From the IMG/VR virus record IMGVR_UViG_3300030061_001171: DNA of 64,000 nucleotides; one strand, written 5' to 3'. The stretch comes from an uncultured virus (IMG/VR IMGVR_UViG_3300030061_001171). Taxonomy: Duplodnaviria; Heunggongvirae; Uroviricota; Caudoviricetes. Made by a program: the position numbers and the translations under genes. Each line of letters starts with the position of its first letter. Within the stretch, counting starts at the first letter, position 1. This document shows, in pieces, positions 11,101 through 20,100 of the stretch. A model generated the notes under the pieces. It saw only the letters and a program-made list of their open reading frames with translations. It searched no databases and was not told where the DNA came from.

Positions 11101-14100
11101 GAAGAAAAAGCCGTTCTTATGAAACTTAAAAACTACGACGCTGCTGATTCTTTAACTGAAGCTGAACTGAATACCGTTAGAAGTTTAATCGATAACGATT
11201 TTCTTGAATCTATTCGAGGACGAGATATTTCTAATCATGAAAAATACTTTCATCGTTTAATTAGTAGTGGGATTGATCCTGAGCAAGCTTTTGAGGCAGC
11301 TAGGTACTACATGCTTGCAGAAGACTTACGAAGCATCGGAAATAATCCTATTAAAACAGCAGATGAGGCTAAGATTGAATTAGTTAAAAAAGGATTAAGC
11401 GAACTAGAGGACAGTGACGCTAAGATTAAACAGTTTGAAGAAGCAATCCAAAAAGTTAAAGACGAAGAAGATAGCCTTCTTAACGGCGATCTAGAAAAAC
11501 TTAATTTCCGTAAAAGAACCGTAGAACGTCTGGCAAGAGCTATTGGTATTGAAAAGGTAAATAAAAAAACAAAAGAAAAGCTTATTGCTGAAGTTAAAAA
11601 TAAATTCGATAAGGGTTTGTCGGAAGCTGAAAAAGACTCGTACCGAAAAGTTCTTTCTATGATTGGCTCTGATAGTACTTTCTTTAGTCGAGAAAGCGTT
11701 AAGAGAGTTGAGGGTCTTATCGAGGAAAGCATTAAAACTCAAGAAGATGAAATCATTAACCGCGAAATTAATCGTCAGTTAGATTTAGATCCTGAGTATT
11801 CTGGTCTAAAAAGAAAAGAAAACGAAGTTCTTGGTCCTGCTAGAAAGACAAAAGAAGAAACAGCAGAAAGCATGAAACAATTCGGTATTGAATTTACTGA
11901 AAAAGGTAGAGACGTTTTAGCAGATGTACCAGCAAGTGAGTTTATTCCTGAAAATCTTAAAGCTGAGGTCAAAAAAGAATTAGACGCTATTCGTAAAAGG
12001 CAGAATGAAATTAGAAAAGAAATTTCTGACCGAGTTAAACAAGACTCCAAGCGTATTATTCAGAATAAAATACGATTAGAATCAGAAAGAATTATGATTG
12101 AATCTAGACCTCCGGTTGGATTTGTTGTTCCTTTAATGAGGCTTCTTATGAAGACTTCCAGTTTCCTAATGCTTCAACGACAAAAAGCGGAACGAGTAAA
12201 GGGTTCTGTTTTAGAGGGCGGATTTGAGTTTGACAATACTATTAGTCGATCTGATTTGTTGGGTCTGTTAGCTACAGAAGAAATGTGGCCGCTTTATAAT
12301 AAGATTAGAGAAATGAGCAACGGTAGATCAGATGCCTTTGATGGAGAAGTTGTTCTTGCTGCTATGAAGGATGCTCTGTATCTAGCAGATAAAAACCAAT
12401 CTCCCGTCTTTATTAAAAGTATTGATGATACTTACAACAGGGTATTTAATCGTGAAATTGAAGGCACCCCTCTGTTTGAAGGAGAAGGCGGAGTACGTAA
12501 TCAGTTAGACTTTAATCAAGAGATTATCGATGGTAGCATTCGTAGAGCTAAAGAATGGTCAACTCTTAATCCAAACTTAAGGTACAATGGAGAAGATGTT
12601 ACGCCTATTTCTATCGAAGAGTGGAATCAAAATTTTGAAAGAAGGTTAGCAAAATTAGTAGAAACCAACGATAAGATTGATTCAAGCGGCTTAAGATCTC
12701 CCGGTCAAATTGTAAAACGAGTGCTTGATTTGTTTAACGCTGATTTACCTGAAGGGTTGCGTTTAAAATCCTTTGATGAGCTTGGGGGTACTAAGGATCT
12801 TGTAAGTCCCAACAGGGCAGCAGCAGCCGTCGTACAGGCTTTGACAACTCAGAGAGAGGGTACAAGCCGTGTAACCGGCAGAAGGGCTGTAGCTGGATCT
12901 AGGGGCTTTGTGGAGCAAGCCTCTAGCATGGGAACACGACGAAACACGAAGATTCAGGAACGAACCGATTCGGTTATTGCAGATATGTACAGTGAATATG
13001 ATTTAAACGATAAAATTAATCATTTACTTAAAGCTGAATACGGTGATATCGAAGCTTTGTATCAGTTCGTTAAAAACTTTAAGATTAACCCAGAAGTTAT
13101 TCCTAATCGAAGTCGGGATACCGGAATGTTAATCTTACCTACTAGGGCGTTTGATTCTCTTACAGACAAAATGCCGAAGGGTATTGACGATGCTATTGAA
13201 GCTAACTACGCTCACTTCATCTCTTCTGATCCAGCCTTTATGTCTACAGTGCATGACGCTGTATTCCCTATGTTTTCTTCTATCGTGGTTGGAGACGCTA
13301 TGCACTTTAACTCCAGATTTAATATTGAAGGTACAAGCATTAATCCATTCAAGGGTTTAGGATGGGGATTCCCTGTTGGTATTGCACGGGGTGGTTCATT
13401 CCAAGCCGGTGTTCTTGTGGCTTCTGAAATTACCTTTGGATATAAAAACTTATTTAATGTAGCCAGAAAAGCATACGATCAGAAATACGAAAAAGAATAC
13501 GGTATGGATTTCGCTGAGTTTTTCTTTGGCGGCGGGTTAGAAAAACTTCCTAGTGAACAAAGAAAAAAAGTTCAGGATGAATTATTCCCCGCTATTACTG
13601 AAGAATTTGACGCTGACTCATCAGGTAGTAATATTATGTTATCTATCGTGCAGGGCGTTGAAGGCGCACAGGCTTTACGTGAGTTCTTTAGGACTATCTT
13701 AAAAGACCTAGATGAAGAAGATGGTACTGCATTGTACGATGAGTTTATCGATGTAAACTATGAAACAGTTTATGATCAAGTTAAAAAGGCTGTTATCGAC
13801 GATCTTCAAGGCGATAAAATCGATAACTTATTAAAAAATAACGAAGTTGAATTAGGTAAATACAAACCATCTTTAGCTATGTTAAAGAAATTGTTTGAGC
13901 AAGCAGAAGATCTTGATATTAATTTAAAGGCTATCTTTAAATCTCCTACCATGACTGACTTGTATCAAGCAGGTGCTAAAACAATGGGCGATGCTATTTA
14001 TGCTAAGTTCTTTAATAAGAAAGATGTTAAAGAAAAGCTCATTAAAAGCGGTCTTATTTCTGCAACAGATTATGATTCAACCGCTATCTTATCTTCTTCG

Positions 14101-17100
14101 TTTTTAGGTAAGCTGTTTAACGAAACTGCTGCACCAAATGAAATTGCTTGGATTAAAGATACGTTATTTCCTAATCGATCAGGTGCAAACAAAATTACTA
14201 ACGCTAAATTGCAAGAATATTTTAACAATTTTAAACTGACTAGAGAAGGTGAAATTGGTGCTGGTACAGCTATTAAAGAAGATGCTTCAGATCTTGTTAA
14301 TGCTGGAGAACAGACAGAAGCAGAAGCTGTTGCTGCTTTAGAAGGTATCGTTGCTGATTCAGAAGATAACGATTTTAATACTCTTTTAAAGAGTGCTTTA
14401 GGTATGGCTAAAGTCTTAACGGAAAACTCTTTCTTTAAAGATACTACTCAAGGATCAAAAGTTGTTGCATCGGTTGTAGATAACTGGTTGGGTAAAGTTA
14501 TGGATAACGAAGAGCTTAAATCCGCTATTGAGAAAGGTCAGTACGATAAAGCTAAAACGATTTATAGAGAACTAGCTACTTTTGATACAGCGCGGAACAT
14601 TAAAGCTCAGGCATTGAATAGTTATGCTAGGCAGGGATTTAAGTTTAATAAAGATAGTTTCTCTCGCATGATTACAGCTATGTTTGGCGGAAGTATTAAA
14701 GTTGATGATATTCTAGATAACATGAGTCCTATGGCTCGAAGGTCATTTGAAGAAACTTTCTATAATAACTTAGCTACTTCAGATCACGGACGAATGTATG
14801 TCCCAAGTGGTCAAACTATGATTAGCGAAAAAACTTTTAGGCAAGGAGAGTTTTATTCTATTGCTGAAATGGTTAATGATATTGACGTTGATTTGGGGTC
14901 TTTAAAAGAAAATATCAGAAGGCTAACTATTCTTGATTTAGCTATCCGAGCAGCGGAGTTTACGGATAAACTTCCTAAAATAGGAGATGAAGAATATACT
15001 CCTAAAACCTACTACGACTTCTTAAATCAATGGGAAGCTGATAGTCAAAGGGCCGATCAATTACGAGCGGCTGCTATTAAAGGACTGAAAAAGGTTGAAC
15101 AAAACCGAAAAGTTATTACAAGATCTACTAGAGAAAATAGAGACGAGCTTATTGAAAAAGCAGAAATTCTTGAAAAGATGCTTTCTAAAATTATTGATTC
15201 TACTGGTGAAAAACGACCAGATAGAGTTGCTAGCGTTATGGAAGAAATGACCGGATTTGAAGAAACATCTCAGGTTAACTTCCTGCCTTCTGCGTTTGGT
15301 TTCTTACCTAAAACGTACACTAATAAATTTGAAGGTGCGCCATCAGGTCTTATTAGAAGGGTTCAGCTTGAAAGGTCTAATACTGTTCGTCGATTACGAT
15401 CTTTGGAAGAAGCTCGACAGTCTTTTGAGGGTACTAAAGTTTCAGAAGATCCGTTTAGTCTTGAAGATTTTGCTTCTGTTAGTCAAATCCCAGAGGATTT
15501 ATCACAGATTAAACCTCTTAAAATTAGATCATCGGTAAACACAAATGTATTTGACTCTTATGTAGCAAACTTAGATACAGCACCTCCTCTGCCTATTGTT
15601 GCTGAAATGACTAAGATAGAATTAGATAATTTTGTTCAAAACGTTAAAAACGAGCAGATTACACAGCTTCAGAAAGACGGTAGGTACGATCAAATTCTAT
15701 TGAATTATTATACGTACAGTGCAGCACAGAACGGTTTAAATAAAAACAGGGACATTCAGTTTAAATCAGATGAAGTTCAAGATTTAATTGACGCTAAAAA
15801 AGCGGTTCAGTATAAAAATCTAAGAAACGAAGATCTTAGAATTGCACTGGAAAATGATATTGATATTCAAATTGCTCAAAAAGAACTTGATGCTCTTATC
15901 GATGCAGCTATTATCGAGAAAGAAAACATTGTTAGAGCGTTAACTCAATGGGGCTTTGACGCTAAGAACAGAGTTACTGACCTGTATAGCTTAGAAGGCG
16001 ATACAATTGATACCATCCCAGTTAAAGAAGGAGTGGTTTCTGTTGAAGAAGCTATTCAACATACTATTTACAATAACGATATGGAAGCAGGAAACCTGTT
16101 AGCTTGGTTAGCAGATGATGCTACTTTCTTAGGACAAATCTTAACTAAAGAAGGTCACGTTGAAGTTGTTAGCGGTAAAGGCAGCGATGCTCAGATAGCA
16201 ATGAATGCTAAGGTAGCATTTGCTGGGGGTGACTCAGCGGCGTTGTACTTAGCTCTCTATGCTATGAACTACGCTAAACGACATGCAGTTCAGAAACTAT
16301 TAGGAGAAGACTACGATGTTACTTCTCTTGAGATTGCCGTATTTAGTGAGTACTGGTATAAGAAGTTTGAAGGTAACGATGTCAGCTACTTAGGAGAACG
16401 CCATCCTGATTTATACCGAAAGTTTGAAGAAACTGATAGGGCTACAATTCAAGATTTGTTAGATGAGGGTACTAACCTTGCATCTGATAACTTCAATAAC
16501 GATTATATCTTAAAGGAAACTACTCGTAGTATGCCTTTAACTGAAGCTGTGGCAAATGATATCAAGAAGATGTTCCCCGGTATTGAACGCAGGTTAAAGA
16601 AACAGGGTATGACTATTAAAGATCTTCTTATGAATAAATCAGAAGATAGCCTTTTAGATCCAAATAAACATAAGGTCTTTGTTAACCAGTTTGGTGAGCC
16701 TACTTCACCTCACCACATTAAGGGTAAAGCAAGAGTTAAACTTCTGCCTGTAGAAAAATTAAACGCTGTAAACTCTATCGGCAACAAAAAACTTTTTGAT
16801 GCTATTAGATTTGCATATGCTCTTGACCCTTCAGGTAAACTTCCGTTTGCTAAATCCTTGTCTTCTGTCATTGGAGGACACGATCCGTTTAGTAGCAGAG
16901 GTACGTCTATTAGCGAAGTCAGGTCAAACGCTGTAATGATGACTCAAGCGATTAAGTATATTATGAATAACAAGCAAGTTGAGATTCAAAAAGATAATCG
17001 TAGTAAAGTATTCTTTGGAAATAAATCCCAAGATGCTGAGTTTTTATTCTACCTTCCCGGTACAATTAAGTCTGCTTTTGATAACGCTGACAATATTTTA

Positions 17101-20100
17101 GCTGATAGTATTTTTGAAGATATCGGTGAATTAGATAACGCTAGGCTTAACTCGTTTAAGAATACAGATAAAAGTAGCTTTATTAGAGCTATGGAACTTG
17201 TTCCCTTAATGACATCTAAAGACGGTATGTTTAATGTCTTTAGGAGAATGGAAACATTACGACGTAACTTACGTGGTGAAGATATCATTGATACTGTAGA
17301 TTTGATTACAGATTTTAACGAAAACATTAAACCTATTTTAGACGAGATTAAACAAGCAAAGTGGAATAAAATGGTTGCGGACACTCGGTATGATCCGAAC
17401 ACTTTTGTTAACGAACAGAACATTAGCTCTAATCCTCAAAGTGTTGAGGCCGAATTCGCTAGAAGCGATCAACAGACTACATTTGCTGATATTGAAGATA
17501 GCTCATCATTTATTGTTAACGACGTTGAGTTAACAGCAGACCCTAGTGGTCCTCAAGCATCCTTTGATGTAGAATTAGAAATAAATCACGCCATGTCACG
17601 ACGAACTGAAGGCAACGAGCAGGGTTCTGGTTTAAACAGCATTGACGGAGTATTTTCAGACGATTTCTTTAACGGTCAAAGTGTAGCACACGGTCGTTTC
17701 TTAGGTATTTTGCAAAACCTTGAAGCAGAAGGAACGATTAACTCAAGCGATAAACTTTTACTTAAAGCTGTATTCTCTGATAAAACAAACTCAGGTCTTT
17801 TACAAAAGTTGTTTGAAAAAGAAGTCAAAGTTGAAACAGACCCTGACATCAGCGGAGGACGAGCAGATGCTTCTGTAGAAAGAAGAATTAGAATCGCTAA
17901 AGATTTATCAGAAAGCTTTAAAGATATCTCAGAGTTTGGAGCCGTGGGTGTTATTCTTGAAGAACTTGGTCACCTTATTGGTCAAAGAATGAGCGAAGAA
18001 GGAATGACTGGTTTCCTTACTAGAGCTAGAGAAATGTTAAAAACAAAAGATGGTTTTGATAAGTTCTTAGAAGCCGAACGCCGTATATTTGGTGATCCAG
18101 AAAATAGAATTAACTATAAGGATCGAAAAGAAGAATTAATTGGTAATATAAAATCCGAAAAAATCGATAACTTAGAATTATTTGGACCTATGTTTGCTAT
18201 GGCTGTTCTTCTTGGAGACGATGTAAGAGCGTTTATGAAAGGCGAGGATGGTAAGCTTTTAAACGAAGGTCACAGAATGGCTAAACATTACATCACTCGT
18301 TACAACCATTATAAAGACTTTGTAGATACTAATATACCTACCTTTATTGAAGCAACTGGTTTTGGTAAAATGGTAGATGAAAATCTTACTAATATTACTG
18401 ACTTTAGTGGTGTTAGGGGTTCATCTAAGAGTGTTAGGAAACGTAAAACATCTAGTGAGATTGCAGATGATTTACCTCCTAACGAATTTAGTAATGAAGG
18501 CCCAAAGAAAAACTTTAGGCACGAAGAAAATGACGTTGATCGTATTGATAGGATTATCGAAGAAAATACTCATGAAGGTTTCTTTTATCCTCAAAACATT
18601 GATACGGACTTAAATAAAATACAAGCCGTTAGTCGTTTTATGGAATCTAAGATTAAACAAGTTGGTTCTGGTCAACTTGTTGATAGTCCGTTTGCCGATA
18701 TTATTTCTGGTATGTTACTTGGTAAACTGTCAAGGCAAACCGCCGAACGACTTATAGAAAATGTTGCTCAACCGTTCGGCTCTAGGAAGTTTGCCCTTCT
18801 TGGTGAAACTGATAAACTCAGCGGTACTATTTTATTCTTGCTTCAAGGCATTGATACTAAGTCATTGATTTCATCTAGCGCATTCGGCACTAACCTTCCT
18901 ACTATACAGGGATTAGGTCTTCACTTAAAGGCTGTCTTTGAGCCTTTAATGAGTGGTTTGTTAAATATGAAGGTAGCAAACTTTACTCCCGGTATGGGAA
19001 GAAACGGATCTCCTTACTCGCCCTATGAAGCATTTGTTAATATGTTCTGGGAAATAACGATGAATAGAGATCCTCGTATAGGGGATAAATACGGAAAAGA
19101 AATTAAGGGTTGGCAAGGACGAGAAGCAGCCATGCAAAGAGCGCAAAAACTTATGTCAAACATGGCTGAAAAACAAGGTCAGACCGTTGATTTAGATGAT
19201 CCTAAATTAGATAATCTTCTTAACCGTATTGTTGATTTAGTTGAAATGTGGTCTAATCCAGAAAACGGTGTATGGAAACAGATTCTTGCTGCTCAGGTAG
19301 ATAGCAATGTGTTTGATGTTAAACTCGCGGATCGTCTCCAAACTGAAGGAGTTGTGCCAATTAAACTATCTGATTCTACATTTAGAAACGATGGTACAGA
19401 CGGCATCCAAGCTAGAGAATTATTACGAAATGCTATTTCATCTCTTGTTGAAAGAGAACTTGTTAAAAGCGATTTAATTGAAGAAGATTTATTTAAAGTT
19501 ATTTTTGCAGATTCTTTTGAAGGCGCGGATATTGACGGACCCACACGTATTAACATGACCAGACTGGCTGACATTTATAATAACGAATACGTTAATAAGT
19601 TTACAAACAACAGTAGTCGAGCGTTTAAAGAACTATTAAACGATATTAAAAGTGGTAAGTTAACTAAGTCAAAGATCTTATCTGAAGAAGAAATAAAAGT
19701 GTATAATAAACACATAAGCGAACAGATGGAACGTACTGAAAATCAGCAAAAGATGATTGAATCCATTCAAGATAAACGAATGAAAGAACTTCAATCTTCT
19801 CAGATGAGAACGTCAGACTCAGTAGTTAATAAACTTGCTGATCTTGTTTCTGAAGGTTATATGCAGAAATTTGGATCAAGTGCGTATTCCTTCATTGGAG
19901 ATAAATTCTTATCTACTGCTGATATGTTTGATTCTCCTGAAATTAGAAAATACTTAAACTTAGATCCTATTGAAATATTTACTTCAGTTATGCGTGGTCA
20001 AGCTGCTCAAGCCTTTGACCGTCAAGTATTTGGAAACGCTTTAGGCATGAGAGGATTTGGTATTGGCGATCTAATTAATAGTATTGATACTTATTTTAAT

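Noticed and set aside
13237..13266. TVHDAVF as RNAP motif C (circularly permuted polymerase)
   Set aside because: Good motif C look-alike but lies upstream of motif A and only 20 aa before the putative GR-type motif; cannot be supported without a structure model
14776..14800. SDHGRMY as a second DxxGRxY polymerase motif
   Set aside because: Out of order relative to motifs A and B and not followed by a second motif A
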